A stretch of DNA of 59,556 bases, counting the filler, from Basidiobolus ranarum (lineage: Eukaryota), in assembly GCA_040143965.1 (NCBI GenBank). It is 9 parts of 9 records of this genome, joined end to end, with 100 filler letters (N's around TTAATTAATTAA, not from the genome) between each part and the next. Parts side by side here need not be neighbours in the genome. Positions count along the whole stretch, not along the records: positions 39,823 to 46,339 come from JASJQH010008179.1; positions 46,440 to 52,951 come from JASJQH010008180.1; positions 53,052 to 59,556 come from JASJQH010008181.1; 6 more parts are not named here. One strand, 5' to 3'. Made by a program: the position numbers and the translations under genes. Below, piece by piece: positions 40,578-53,789 of the stretch (its first letter is position 1; each line of letters begins with the position of its first letter). The notes under the pieces are model-generated. The model searched no databases, was not told the origin of the DNA, and saw only the letters and a list, made by a program, of their open reading frames with translations.

Positions 40578-43500
40578 TCTCCCTCAATTAAATAGTCATA
40601 AAACTAATCCTAAGGAAGTTCTATGTTTCTAAAATTTCTGTCTAGCAAATGGTTTGATTAATATATCAGCAATCACTGCTTCTGTAGAGCAATAAGTTAA
40701 GTCTATAAACTTATTCTCCATAGTCTCCCTGATGAAATGCTGTTTATTATCTACATGTTTGCTTCTATTTTGAATGCTGAATTTCTAGCTAATTTAATAC
40801 AACATTGATTATTTTGAAATATTGTAGTTGGTGAATTTTGAGAGTAGCCTAAATCTGCCAAGAGCTTTCTTAGCCATAGTGCTTCTTTTGTTGCTTCACA
40901 GGCAGCCATGTGTTCTGCTTCTGTTGTTGAAGGTGCTACCATAGGTTGCTACTTTTAATTCTAAATATCCCATCAGATCAAAGTTTGATTGGGAATACAT
41001 ATATTTAAGTACAGATCCATAGTATCTTTCAGATATCTGGAAATCTGCTTAACAGCTATGATTTTATCACAGCCATAATTTTCAAAATAATGGTACATAA
41101 CTCCTACAGAGTATGCAATATCTGGCCATGTTCCAAACATGATATATATCAAGCAACCAGCCATAGATAGAGGTAAGGAAAATTATGGTTTTCATTTGAA
41201 TTCCGCAATATCTAATTTGCATCATTTTTAGTCAAGTTAAGATTTGTCTCCATTAGGATATATGCTGGATAACATTATTCCATTTTAAGCTTTTTAGGTA
41301 TACCTAGGATATACTTAGGCTGGTTTAAAGTTATTATTTTGGTAGCTATATCTATGCAAATTTGGATTCCAAGATAGTACATCAGATCATCAAGTTCAAT
41401 CATTTTGAATTTGGCAGATAAGCTGGATTTGGATCTGTACTAAGTCTTAAAGTCAATGGTTGCTATAATAGGATCATCAGCATATAGGTCTAATAAAACT
41501 AGATTTGTCATAGCTGGCCTGAAGTAGATACTATAGTCAGCAATACCCTTGTGGAATTTGAGTATTCCAAAAAAGCATCTATCTTACTATTCTAAGCTCT
41601 GGGAGATTGGTTCAAGCCATAGAGTTTTTTCCAGAGTTTGCAAGCATTTTTAGGGTTTCTGGATTCACATATCCATCTGGCTAGTCCATATAGATCTCTT
41701 CAGCAAGCTCACCATTGGAAAAAGCAGTTTTACTATCCAATTGATGTTTATAAATTGATACTTGGCTGAAATTGCTACACTCAATCAAGTAGATATCAAT
41801 TTTGCCATAGGAGCAAAAGTTTCTAATTAAGCACTACTAGTGTTTGGTAATATCCTTTGGCTACTAGTCCAGCCTTATTCCTTTTAATATTGGTAGTCAA
41901 ATGATTTTCTATCATCAGATGTGTTAGTTAAAATCCAAGTTTCATTACTACTCAAAGCTTGGTACTCATAAGCCATTGCAGATCTCCAAAAGTTTGTGTG
42001 AGGGCCATTCAGGGCCTATTTTACAGCCTGGGGCTCATGTACTTGAGCTGTGCAGGCATAGGCCTAGTTTTGGGATGCATTAATATAGTAATCAGGGCTA
42101 TTCTGATCCAATTTATTTCCCACTCTGGGATAATGGTACAGGTTTTATCATTGTATTAGGAGCTTCAATAGGCTGAATTTTGGTTAAAGGGTCCACACAA
42201 ATGTCTTATTCCTCATTGTTTTGGTTCTAATGAATATGAAGGGTAGGATCATGAGAAATTCAATTTTTCTCATCATCTTAGGTTTATTGGGTGAATATGT
42301 TTTATTTTCATCAAATAAAACATTCCTGAACTTGATTAACTTTAAATCTTGGTGTCATAGAGTCTTTAGGACCTTGTTTGAATACAATAACACAGAAATA
42401 TGCATTTCTTACATTTTAAAGCAAATTTAGACCAATTTTTGGTCATAATGTTGACAAAAGCAATGCATGCATAGTGTCTCAAACGTTTTATATCAGGTTT
42501 AACTCCAAACCAAGCTTCATATGATGTAGAGTTAGACATACTTCTAATATAACTCCTATTACTCAGATATATAGCTGTAGCAACAGATTCTGTCCAAACA
42601 TTTTGAGATAAATTCTGTGCATTTATGATAGATCTTGCTATATCAATCATAGTCCTGTTAGCTCTTTCAGCAATTCCATTTTGTTGAAGTAAATGAGGGG
42701 CAGTAGTTTCTTGCTTAATTTTCCTAAACTTTACAAAAGTGATTAAATAGTATTGTATTATATTATCCACCATTATCAGTATATATTTTCTCAATTTTAG
42801 TTCTGATTTAAATCTCCACAATTGTTTCAAATTACTATTTTTGTTAGAGGGCTAATATGAGAGCCAGAGAATAAGTTATTTTTGATCATTTTTTTCAAAC
42901 AATCTAATTCAATATGGCCAAACCTCTTATGCCATAATTGAATAGTTTCTCGATTGGGATAACTTATATTTACACATAAACCCCTTGGACTATATGTAAG
43001 TTTGTAAAAGTTCTGATCCTTATCTCCCACATCCAAATAATTCCCATTTTGATCAGTGAAGGTGCACCCTGACTGATCAAAATTAAATTTTAGCCCTTCT
43101 GAGGTGGCCTTGCATACAGATGTTAAATTCTTGGTAATATCTGGAATATATAGTACATCCTTTAAGTACATGCTTTTTCTTCAGAAGCACCAGTTAAATT
43201 GACCCAAATTGTAACCAATCAGATGGCATCTATTGAACAGTCATCTCCATTAAAACCTTGCTAATTGGGATCTCCTAATCATCCTCAAACCAATGTTTTT
43301 CATTTGTGAAATATTGGGAGGCTCCAGAATCACTATAACACATCTGCAAATCCTTGTTTGTAAACATACACAGAACAGGTATGAACAAGGGATCTTCTGC
43401 TGTAATCACATTTGCAGATTCCATATGTTTCTCTTGTTTTGTAATTCTTTTAAAGCAATCTTTGCTTATATGGCCAGTTCTTTTTTGGTTAACACAGTAT

Positions 43501-44115
43501 GTGATATTCTTCTTCTTAGAGTGCTTTTTACCTTTATAGGAAGATTTTCCATAATTTATTAAAGCATTTCCTCATTCTTTAGGTTGGATCCCATTTTGGG
43601 TAAATCTTCATCCAGAAATCTACCAATCACTTAATGTAGAGTCAAATTTTCAGTTCTTGATTCAAAAGCCATTACTAGGCTGTGAGACATGTATGGCAGG
43701 CTATACAGGACTGTAACTATGATATCCTAATCAGTAGTAGGTACTTCAATGCATTCCATTTCATCTACTAAAATAGCAACCCTATTAATTAGTGATTTAA
43801 CATCTTTGCCTGGCCTCATCTCAAAGTTGAAGAATTGTGTGCTTATAAGCATCTTGTTGGAATTGGAACATGTTTGTTAGGTGTCTTCCAAGGCTCTGCA
43901 TACCTTCTTGGCAGTTTTGGCTCTTTAACATCAACTTAGCAATTATCTTCAATATTAAGACAAATTGTTTTAGAGGCATCTTGTTCTTCTTTAACCTGGA
44001 GTAAAGCCATGGTTTCAGATAGTTTTGCATTGTTTTCTTCTGCTACAACAATGTCTCAAAGTCTTCTCTCTTGCAGCAGCATTTTTATCTTCATTTTCCA
44101 AAATTGATAATCACT
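40578..44115 (-). mobile_element. Decayed Copia family A internal region (gag-PR-IN-RT-RH)
   Basis: PPT complement TCTCCCTC next to the LTR. Motifs LWHKRFGH, QQNGIAERANRT, YGLNQSPRA* and STTEAEH. Confidence 0.9.
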
Positions 44116-44179
44116 CCAAGATTTATGTGCAACAATTTGACACTATCCAGCACCCTCTGGCATGATCAATTTCAATTGG

Positions 44180-44470
44180 AAATACGCTAGTGTATTGGGC
44201 TATGGTCCAATAAATCCTGGCACCATGGAACAAGTCCAATTTCAACACTTAGAAGTTCTCCATTTTATAAATTTCTTCAAACTTATGCTTGAAACCCCAA
44301 ACTTAGCAAACATGTTCCTGGAACCTTTTGGAACACATTCTACATGTTAGTTTGTTATATTGCAACAAAAGTATAAATGTCAGCTTTCTACCTGATAAAT
44401 TAATAAGCAAAAACAATCAAAGTCCCTATTTCTCCAAGCCACTTCTAACAGGCTCCCAAATACTTCAACA
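44180..44470 (+). mobile_element. Diverged family A LTR in the opposite orientation
   Basis: Ends GGCTCCCAAATACTTCAACA. Confidence 0.75.
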
Positions 44471-45214
44471 TCCAGATGCTTAAGCTACATCTTTTTGATA
44501 ATCAATAACAATGGCTCATACAATAACATCATTATTTTGATAGTTTACCTTTTCACTAGCTCTGTCACATCTGACAATATTATGATGATTGCCTGTCTCC
44601 TACAGAAGTAAAATGTATTTCCTTGGCACTTACTACCCACCTTGTTGTCAAAATGCAAATAAAGTGAGCTAGACCTTGGGATTCAATGTGACTTGCTGGA
44701 AGATTGAAATCTTTGTATATCCATTTTAGTTTAATGGTTGACTAAGTTGATATTTCACCATGTTAAAGTTTGAACATGCAAGCTCTAACTACACTGGTAC
44801 CTTCAATCAGTTCACTACAGTGACAACTACATAACTTATTGGTTGGTCCTAGTTCTACAAGACTCTCATAATTTAATTTTGCTTTTATCATCAATTTAGC
44901 TAATATTATAGAGCTTTGTGAGTGCTTTTCAGTTCCTTTTATTCAATGTTATTTGGGATTGATCCTCCATTTTTACTAATTTTTGTCAAATTCTAAAGTA
45001 CTCCATCTTACATGATTAGTTGTTTTAATAAAATAACACAAACATTGTCTACATTTCCATACATGCTTATCCAGTTAAACATGGATTGGGATTGGTTCCA
45101 TATATACCAATTGAGATTACTATGAATCATATAATGCAGCGCAAGTTAATATCCCATTTTAGATGAAAGATTCACAAAAAAACTTAATTTTGAATGCAAC
45201 TCAACTTGAATTTG

Positions 45215-45541
45215 TTCTAATTTATATTTCAGCCTATTGCTTCTTAAGTAATTCTACATATTAGTCAACATCAGTTAAGATACATATATCAAAAACCAAA
45301 AATTATTCTTTCTATGGCTCCTAAATTCCCACTAGGGATATCTCTCTATCTATTCCACTGGCATATCGTTTGCCCCAATTACAAATTACATCTTATTGCA
45401 CAAACTCCTGAAAATCTCAAACAATACATTAACTTCTCGAATACAAAGGTCAGCTTATTGTGCTAAGAATTATGCAACCAATACAGGATCACAAGTTCAC
45501 CAAATGCATCATAAAACCCATGATGAATAGATCCTCCAACA
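45215..45541 (+). mobile_element. Solo LTR related to family C
   Basis: Shares ATCTTATT(G/A)CACAAACTCCTGAA.ATCTCAAA and the CTCCAACA end with 1229-1545. Confidence 0.65.
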
Positions 45542-45915
45542 TATATATACATAAATTACCCATGTCATTTATCTGGATATTCACTCTATTGTTATAAACT
45601 AGCAGAGACATTATTTGTCTGCCCTTTAATGTTGCAGGCTTACTATTATTTAGATTGAGACAAATATATATAAAGTATATCAGTATTTAGGGTATGCAGA
45701 AGAATGCTTTTAAATGTACCCACTGTGAAGGTACTCTCTCTTGGTAAGATTTGTATCCATCATCCATACAATTACTGCAATTCAACAATTTGAATTTTTC
45801 GAAATAAAAGAAAGATAATCAAGAAATAATATACTTTTATGGTTTCAGCTGCCTACACAGTTTAATGAAGTATAAAGTCCAACGTTAACTTACATCCAAA
45901 TGACAATTGAGAATA

Positions 45916-46339
45916 TTACCAGACGGTATAACCACCATCAATAATAATATCCGAACCAGTACAGAAAGAACTAGCCTTGGAAGCGAGCCAAATACAAGCA
46001 CCACATAACTCATCGGGTGCACCCAGCCTACCTTGAGGTATACGACTACACCATTCATTAAAAAGTGTGCTATAAGCTCGGCTAAGTGCAGTGTCCATAT
46101 AACCAGGGGAAATTGAATTACATCGTATTCCGTGAACTGCCCATTCGGCTGCAAATGATTTCATCAGATGCTTAACACCTGCTTTGGAAGCATTATACGC
46201 ACTTTGGGGTTGAGGCCAATTGACAATAGAACCTGACATAGAGGCAATAAAAATAATACTACCACCACGTTTCTGCTTAATCATTTGACGTCCACAAGCC
46301 TGAGAAACAAGAAAAGAACCATTCAAGTTGATGTCAACT
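45916..46339 (-). CDS. Short-chain dehydrogenase/reductase, D-arabinitol 2-dehydrogenase/sorbose reductase-like, C-terminal part
   Basis: Motifs IASMSG, PQPQSAYNASKAGV (YxxxK), NSISPGYMDT and DGGYTVW*. The N-terminus is lost at the contig end. Confidence 0.88.
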
Positions 46340-46439
46340 NNNNNNNNNNNNNNNNNNNNNNNNNNNNNNNNNNNNNNNNNNNNTTAATTAATTAANNNNN
46401 NNNNNNNNNNNNNNNNNNNNNNNNNNNNNNNNNNNNNNN
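46340..46439. other. Artificial contig spacer
   Basis: N44-TTAATTAATTAA-N44. Confidence 0.98.
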
Positions 46440-46685
46440 AAGTTATAGGAGCTTGCCTCAACAGTAGTCATGTTGGGTTAATTAGTTTGGCTTACTGACT
46501 GGATAGACATAGCAGGTATATCTAAATATGGATTCATCAAGGTCAGCCAGAGCCATTGCTTTGTAACACTGATATGCTTGCACATTCTTTGTGTCTCTTA
46601 TAAAAAGACCAATGGTTGCCTAGTAGCCATTAGCAACAAGAAATCATAGTGAAGTAGCATGAGAAGAATGCATTAATGACTATGT

Positions 46686-47368
46686 TGTTAAAGTATTTGG
46701 GAGCCTGTTGGAGGTGGTTGTGGGAATTAGAGGAATTAGTGGTATTCACTTATTGGTTTATTAAGGGGAGAGTAGACATTTATACTTGTATCAACATGTA
46801 AGCTAACTAAAATGTAGAATGTGCTAAGGAAGGTCCCAGGAGCATGTGTGCAAAGTTTGGGGCTTCTAGTACAAGTTTGAAATCTCTATATCTGAGAACT
46901 TTTAAGTTAGTAAAAAATCTAAGTAAATTCCAATTGAGAATAAGTGATACTATCTAAGTGAACAATGAGAAAACTAAGTACTAAGCTATATATGACTATA
47001 TAGGTGCTTAGGCAATGCTAATTTCAACATTCCCTTACTGATGTATTGAGTAGAAAGTTGACATTTATAGTTTAGTCAAGATATAAACATACTAATGTAT
47101 AGAATGTGTTAAGAAAAGTACCAGGAACATGTGTGCAAAGTTTGAGGCTTCTAGCACAAGTTTGAAATCTATATATCTGAGAACTTCTAAGTTTGTAACT
47201 GCTGAAATTGTTAAAGTATTTGGGCACCTGTTGAAAGTGGCTTGGAGAATTAGAGAAATTGGTGGTTTTCACTTATTGATTTATTGAGTAGAAAGTTGAC
47301 ATTTATAGTTTTGTCAAGATGTAAGCATACTAACAAGTAGAATGTATTAAGGAAGGTCCCAGGAGCAT
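46686..47368 (-). repeat. One full and two partial stacked family A LTRs
   Basis: Full copy at 46686-47029. Partial copies at about 47035-47195 and 47209-47368. Confidence 0.85.
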
Positions 47369-47610
47369 TAACTCATATGTTGTGATAAGTGATTAGATCT
47401 TTGGAGAAATAAATTTTGAACTCAGAATTAACTTCATATCTATTTGATTATGATTAATGATACATTGTTTGTATGTATATAATTTCATAGTAGTAGAAAT
47501 ATCTACACTTATAAAGTGGTTTAATATTGCTTAAACGTAGGTTGGTTCAAGCTTTATTAATTATAGCATTGCATTAATCATAGACTTCATAGAGCTGCCA
47601 GCCAAATACA

Positions 47611-49569
47611 TCAATTTTTGAGCGATAAGACAGGGTTAGGTGTGATGATATCAAACATCACAGTAAATGTGTCCAAAAGAGAAAACAATTCAATTACCTT
47701 CTCTTTGCTACCGCCATTTTCAATTTTAATCGCACCATTTGCTAGCTCTTCCTCAATAGTTGACTGGCTAACAAGGATCTTGGCTAACGATTCACGTCTT
47801 AGCAAGAGGGTAGCGTCTGGTTTAAGTGACTGAACCACTGGTGTATGAATGAGAGCGCAATTGACTAGTTGAGTCAAATACAGCTTCTCGTCAGCTTCGG
47901 TAAGGAAATTCCAGTTCAAGACGATCGTTTTACCATTTGCATTTGGACCATTAAGACGTAAACCCATGTAGTCAAACAACATTGGAGGAGTCATGCATAG
48001 AACAACATCGTAGCTAACAGTAGTTGAAGGAATGCTAGTATCGACTCCATTACGTAATTCCCAAGCTCCCATAAGATACTCGTTACGCCATGGACCGCTT
48101 TCTGCTTGGTACCCAAGCTGTTCAAAAGCATCAGCCTGTAAGTTTCTGGCCTTTTGATACAAATCTTTGGAAGCTGGATCTTCGGCCGGAGTGGTGTAAA
48201 CAACATGTTTTAGCACCTCCGCAACCCATCTGTACTCCCCATTTCCGTAAGCCTCGGTTGCTCTTTCCAATATGCGCTCGGTACCACCCATGTATTCCAC
48301 GTACTTTCCAGCTCCTTCCTTCGGTGTTAGTGGATCTAAGTCTGCAGGATTTGAATTATACCAACCAATATATTTCTGGTAAATTGCCTTCACATTGTGG
48401 TTTACGGTACCATAGTATCCATGGTTGTACCACTCGTTCGATAAACTAGCTGGGAGCTTAATCATCTCAGCAATTTCCACCATGGTGTATCCATGATTGA
48501 TCAAACGAATGGTCTGATCATTCAAATATTTGTACATGTCTCTCTGACTAGAGAGAAATTGGATAATCTTCTCGGTCGACCATGTGGGCCAATGATGCTG
48601 CGCGAAAAGAACCTCTGACTTGTCTCCGTAGAGATAGATAGCTTTATCTAAAGTCTTCCACCAGGCTACAGGATCACGGACTTCGGCACCTCGTAAGCTG
48701 TAAATGTTATGCAGGGTATGAGTAGCATCCTCCGCCATACACAAAGCTTTAACAGATGGGAAATAAAGAATCATTTCCGCAGGTGCTTCAGTATTTTGAG
48801 CCAACATGAATTCGACCTCCATTCCCGCGACTAGGTGCTTCTCTCCATCAGTTTTAATGTAGAGTGTTGGAGAGACCAGAGTTACATTTCCAATGCTAAC
48901 GGTTTTTCCTAACCCAGCATCCACTAAACCTTTGGGATCTTTAGGCAAGAAAGGTCCATACATATACTGGGCACGTCGACTCATGCAATTACCTAAATAA
49001 ACGTTCTCTGATACAGCATGATCCAGGAAGCCCTCCGGTGCAATAATTTGGATTTTTTTCTCGTCAGGATTATAATCTGACGGCAATACCCCTTTAACAC
49101 CGCCAAAATGATCCTCATGGCTATGAGTAAAAATGATGGCCTTGACTTCCTTGTAACCCACTGTGTTGTAGTATAACTCCATTCCAGCTCGAGCAGTTTC
49201 CTCGGCAGCAAGTGGGTCGATAATAATGAGGCCTTCAGCAGCATCGATGATAGTCATATTCGAGATATCATATCCTCGGATTTGCATTACCTTCTCACAC
49301 ACCTGGAAGAGTCCAGCAGCACAGTTAAGTTGTGCTTGTCGCCACAAGCTTGGGTTTACTGATAGCGGTACCTCATCAGTACTCTCAAAATCCCAGCCAC
49401 TAAAAGTCCAATGCAGTCCTATAGACTCTCTTCTGGGCTTGGCTAGACAGAAGCCTTGTGCATCTCGGAAGTCAGAGTGGCTGACGGGTGGAAGATTATC
49501 GGATACCTTTTTGAGGTATTCGATTGTCTTAGCGGTAGGCTCATTTCGCTCAGCAGGAGTAGAAGACAT
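47611..49569 (-). CDS. Alkyl/aryl sulfatase, SdsA1/BDS1/YjcS type (metallo-beta-lactamase fold, dimerisation domain, SCP2-like domain), intronless, 652 aa
   Basis: Motifs VNPSLWRQAQLN, QIRGYDISN, THSHEDHFGG (HxHxDH), TEAPAEM, HNIYSLRGAEVRD, QHHWP, GYYGTVNHN and QLGYQAESGPWRNEYL. Confidence 0.95.
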   Translation of the reverse strand: MSSTPAERNEPTAKTIEYLKKVSDNLPPVSHSDFRDAQGFCLAKPRRESIGLHWTFSGWDFESTDEVPLSVNPSLWRQAQLNCAAGLFQVCEKVMQIRGYDISNMTIIDAAEGLIIIDPLAAEETARAGMELYYNTVGYKEVKAIIFTHSHEDHFGGVKGVLPSDYNPDEKKIQIIAPEGFLDHAVSENVYLGNCMSRRAQYMYGPFLPKDPKGLVDAGLGKTVSIGNVTLVSPTLYIKTDGEKHLVAGMEVEFMLAQNTEAPAEMILYFPSVKALCMAEDATHTLHNIYSLRGAEVRDPVAWWKTLDKAIYLYGDKSEVLFAQHHWPTWSTEKIIQFLSSQRDMYKYLNDQTIRLINHGYTMVEIAEMIKLPASLSNEWYNHGYYGTVNHNVKAIYQKYIGWYNSNPADLDPLTPKEGAGKYVEYMGGTERILERATEAYGNGEYRWVAEVLKHVVYTTPAEDPASKDLYQKARNLQADAFEQLGYQAESGPWRNEYLMGAWELRNGVDTSIPSTTVSYDVVLCMTPPMLFDYMGLRLNGPNANGKTIVLNWNFLTEADEKLYLTQLVNCALIHTPVVQSLKPDATLLLRRESLAKILVSQSTIEEELANGAIKIENGGSKEKVIELFSLLDTFTVMFDIITPNPVLSLKN

Positions 49570-49614
49570 TTTAGGTTAGTAGATTCTGATTTACTTCAGC
49601 AGCCTCAGGCGGAG

Positions 49615-49622
49615 TTTATATA
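49615..49622 (-). promoter_or_regulatory. Candidate TATA box of the sulfatase gene
   Basis: TATATAAA on the minus strand about 46 nt upstream of the ATG. The start context is AAAATG. Confidence 0.5.
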
Positions 49623-50869
49623 GAGCCTTATCTTTCTTGTTTTTCTACAAACTAAGTAATTGAGCTTCTTAAGTCTAAGAATATTCAAACCTGCTTATAC
49701 TTCCCTTCAATCGTGTTTGTATAAATACCTTTCGTTTTCTCACCACTACACACATCAGTATGACTATTATGTAACCTTAGTCTTACTTCTGGCAATGTTT
49801 CAGGTTCACTGTGCGTTTGCTTCAAATTAGAAAAACGAATTAGAACTATGACTTGAAGGTGATGTATACTATATTCCACGTACCTCAAAAGCTAAGATAC
49901 GCCAAGAGTAGATAGATAATTCAGCAATGTACTCTTGAGCCATCAGCTGACTCATACAGGCAATACAAGGAGTGTCCTGTACTTGTCGACTTGGTTGATA
50001 GACATTGGTTACTCATCTCATGTGTGGTGGCTTAGCAATGCAAAGTTGAAAAGGAAAATATATTTGAAGAAACATAATCAAATTCTTTGATGAAGATCGC
50101 TATCGTACATGCAAAGAAAACACCATCCATTAGCGTACTCTTTGTAATTAAGCTCATGGCCCAATACTTTGGATATCTCATTAGAGATGGTTTGTGTATG
50201 GGCGGTGGCTATAAGATTATTTTGGCAGTACCTCTATTGTTCAAGACATGATTAAAGTCGGATACCAAACAACCAACCCTTGCAGAAATGAGATAATCTG
50301 CTAAACTGGTACGCATAGTTCCATTCACAAATACTCGGGGTATCAAGTCATACTTTTTTGTTTACAATGCTCTTCTATGCATTAGCATCACTATGATATC
50401 GGATAGCATCTGTATAGGTTAAGAACAAGCATTTTATTTGACCTGTTCTACGACTTGTACTATGTGAATTTCGTTATTAATGTGTACGCTGGTAATATTT
50501 GTTAACACTTCAAATCCACAAAACCCAAATATAGCCGGATGATCGTACAATAGGAATTCCTATCACGCAGCAACTAAGCAGCAATATAGCCCTGCCCCAG
50601 TCTAAGCCACCCTCGCAAGTGGCATGAGCATAAAGAGTTTGAGGAACACAATGGCCGATCATGGACCTTTTTTTCTGGGCAGCCAATTGGTCAGTTCTTT
50701 GTTGGAACTTGTTAATTTAGTGGTAGGGTCAAACCCTGTGCGAATTCTCGGTTCAGTGAGATCAAGATTTCGTTGGTTCATGCAAATCACTATTTGGGGA
50801 TTTCAAGTTGTGCGGTACTCGTATATATTCTTCAAAGTTGTGACTCTCTTTGTCGTAGATGGTTTGTAA

Positions 50870-51400
50870 CCTATATTACTCTTCATGATTAGACTTGGTT
50901 ACTCTGGAATAGTAGTTGGAATATCCATGCACCAAATTTCTACCTGAATATTTCCAGGTGGATATGACTATACCATATTTATTTTACCTATATTTCTTCT
51001 CACCAACATTCCCAGAGCAATTTACCAGTCTATCCTGATGTATCTTGATTGTAATCCTTGTGCTACCAGTGATATTGAAAACTGTTTGATAATCCCCAGT
51101 CAAAATAGTATTGACTATTGTGTACACTATAAATGTACATTACTGCTTCCATATCTTGCTATGACTAGTATATCCTTCCTCCCTTATCTTCAATGTATCA
51201 CAAAAGCCCCAGCTTGATACAATCACTTTTTGCATTGTTGGGGGTATTGACTCTGATAATTGAGCCATTGTACTATGAAGTTAATGAGTATTCTAATACC
51301 AACATTGGGTTACCATGTGAACTTAAGTTCTTAACAAGGCTTTCATACTGCTGGAAGAATTACTTGACTGAATTCATATAGCACTTAATATGTGTAATGT
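50870..51400 (-). mobile_element. Possible LINE APE-endonuclease remnant
   Basis: CpG-poor. NTILTGDY and KSNH resemble degenerate GDFN and SDH motifs. Confidence 0.35.
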
Positions 51401-52951
51401 CAACGTACTGCCCAGAAATGTTTCAAACCTCAGAGACTTGGATAATAGCACTGCTGATTAATCTTTATTGGTGAACTCTACATATGTGTATCTTTCTCCT
51501 TTCTAAATACAATAGAATAAACACTTCTCTTTTTCTTAGGTTTTCTCTCCATATGGTTTAATACTTATCTATCGAACTTCAAACTTGGCTACAATAGCAG
51601 TTTGAAACATCGTAAGTTTAAGGAATATTTAGAGAGAAGACCCACATTCGATTATACTTGCTGTGGGGAGGGTGTTCTAGGCTTCAATAGTGATCTAAAG
51701 TCGGTTAAATAGTCTTTCCTACAAACAAGCAATCAGGCTATTCTACTAAGAAATAGATGAGTACAGACTTCCAGTACATTAGATTCTGGCATATGGACGT
51801 AGGTACTCAACTAAGGCTTTTACATGGGTGAGTTAAAGTGTGTTTAACAACAAATTCAATGTTTATTCTTGTCATCAAACATCTTACCTGTAATTAAGAT
51901 TAAGTTTTGATTTGCTTATTCGATTTGCTTATTCAGATAACTCAGTATGATAGCATCTAATCAAGAACTTATTTGTCAAGTTCACCAAGATTACTGTCAG
52001 TCAGCTTTCTCCAGCCTCAAGCTAACGGATGAGAAAAGGTTCGTTGATTGGATTTATTAATGCTATGGTTATCATGTATGACAGTAGGGTGTATGACAGT
52101 AGGACGTATGAAAGTAGAATTTGTAACCGATTTAGCAGATCCTCCAGTTATATATTCATATAATCTTGGGTGTAGTGATGTATAGTTAAGAAGGGTGTGG
52201 TGATGTAGAGTTAAGAAGGGTGTGGTGATTGATTCTTGTCTTATTTGGTTTGTTTGAATGCATCTAGGCAAGAGCTCTACTAGCCCATATCAAACAGGAA
52301 AGAAGGATGATGCAAGTAATAGTAATTACGGTAGAACTTCACGGTTCAATCAACTTTCCAATATCCTATTGTTGGAAAATGTAGAACAGCTTTTCAGCTA
52401 ATGAAAAGGGTTAAATAGTTTTGTTAGCTTTTTACGTGGCCTTTCTCATAAGATTGGCTTTATACTCTATTGAAATATCATACTTATTCATGGCTCACTG
52501 AATGTACACACTCCCAGAGCACAGGATTGTTAGTACTAAACGACACATATGGATTTACAATGCGTCATATGTTCTACGGGACTGGAGGCATCACACCTAA
52601 GAAGGTAACTCTTATCTATCATTGTAGGGGACCTAACACTTGTTTAAATATGGAAATCGTAAACATTTACGGTGTGGAAACATCCCAAAGTAACTCATCT
52701 TCTTTTACCAATTATGTGTGCTGCATAGTATTTTTTTCCGACCGCTTCCCAGTGTAAAGTATCGCTGTTACGCAAATCTAAATGACAACCAGTCTTACTC
52801 GAAGGGAGAGGTCGATAGAAGTTTCGATATATCCAAAAGTCTATTGATCGTTTCATAGTGTGATAGAAGAGCGATAGCCAACCAAGATTTTCGGCGTATC
52901 CAGTTTGAATTATCTACTTTCAGGTACAATGATCGATGTCACGTACCACTG

Positions 52952-53051
52952 NNNNNNNNNNNNNNNNNNNNNNNNNNNNNNNNNNNNNNNNNNNNTTAAT
53001 TAATTAANNNNNNNNNNNNNNNNNNNNNNNNNNNNNNNNNNNNNNNNNNNN
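52952..53051. other. Artificial contig spacer
   Basis: N44-TTAATTAATTAA-N44. Confidence 0.98.
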
Positions 53052-53240
53052 AGTTTTACACCTGGATCCATCATCAATGATCTCTTGTTTTGTAAGAAGA
53101 ACTGTTACATTCTAGACCACACTTCCAGACTCAAAATCATGCAGGAAAGACATGACTTGCCACTAGCAGGACACTTTGGTGTTGCCAAATCATATATGTT
53201 GGCATCCAGGGATTATTGGTGGCCTGGACACATATGATTT
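53052..53240 (+). mobile_element. Ty3/Gypsy integrase N-terminal (H2C2) fragment
   Basis: Translates as IMQERHDLPLAGHFGVAKS...RDYWWPG. Confidence 0.85.
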
Positions 53241-53789
53241 TATTTTGTTAGGGTAAGGAAACTGGACAAGAACTGGAAACAATGACAAGAGCCTAGAGAG
53301 CAGGAGAGTGGTTGGGTGTAGACCACAAGACAAGACAAGACAAGACTGGAAAGGGAAAATACTTTGGAAAAATATTTATTGATAAATGGTGGTATTCAGA
53401 CTGAGATTAGATCAAGGAATACATTGAGCTTATATTGATATTGCAGGGTGATACATAACATACTGAATAGGGAATGTACTGTGGCATGTTCATGTGTTAG
53501 GGTGTTGGGAACTACAAGGACTAATACAAAGAGGGATGATATAAGGAGGATGTAAGGATAATAATGTGACCTTCTATGGAAGGTCTTGGCAGAATTACAT
53601 TATGTGATGGATGCCATCATTGCATAGATTTCATGGAGTGTTAAAAGAACACTACTTCCATATAAGGTAACCTGGATAAACTAGCACAAGATTGCCAAGA
53701 AAGGATGGCACAGCAGATTTGATGTCAAAATTTAATAATAGAAGAGTTTGGTTTGTAGTGGATGAGTATGCCAAGATCAGAATCATGAG

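Noticed and set aside
39823-47368. Repeated LTR segments as a CRISPR-like array
   Set aside because: The units are about 350-bp LTRs with TG..CA ends and adjacent PPT/PBS. There are no short repeats with unique spacers and no cas genes.
45916-49569. Apparent SDR plus sulfatase catabolic cluster
   Set aside because: The two genes are on different contigs, separated by the spacer at 46340-46439.
50676-50745. tRNA- or SINE-like look (GGGTCAAACCC hairpin)
   Set aside because: I could not build a cloverleaf, an acceptor stem or a convincing A box.
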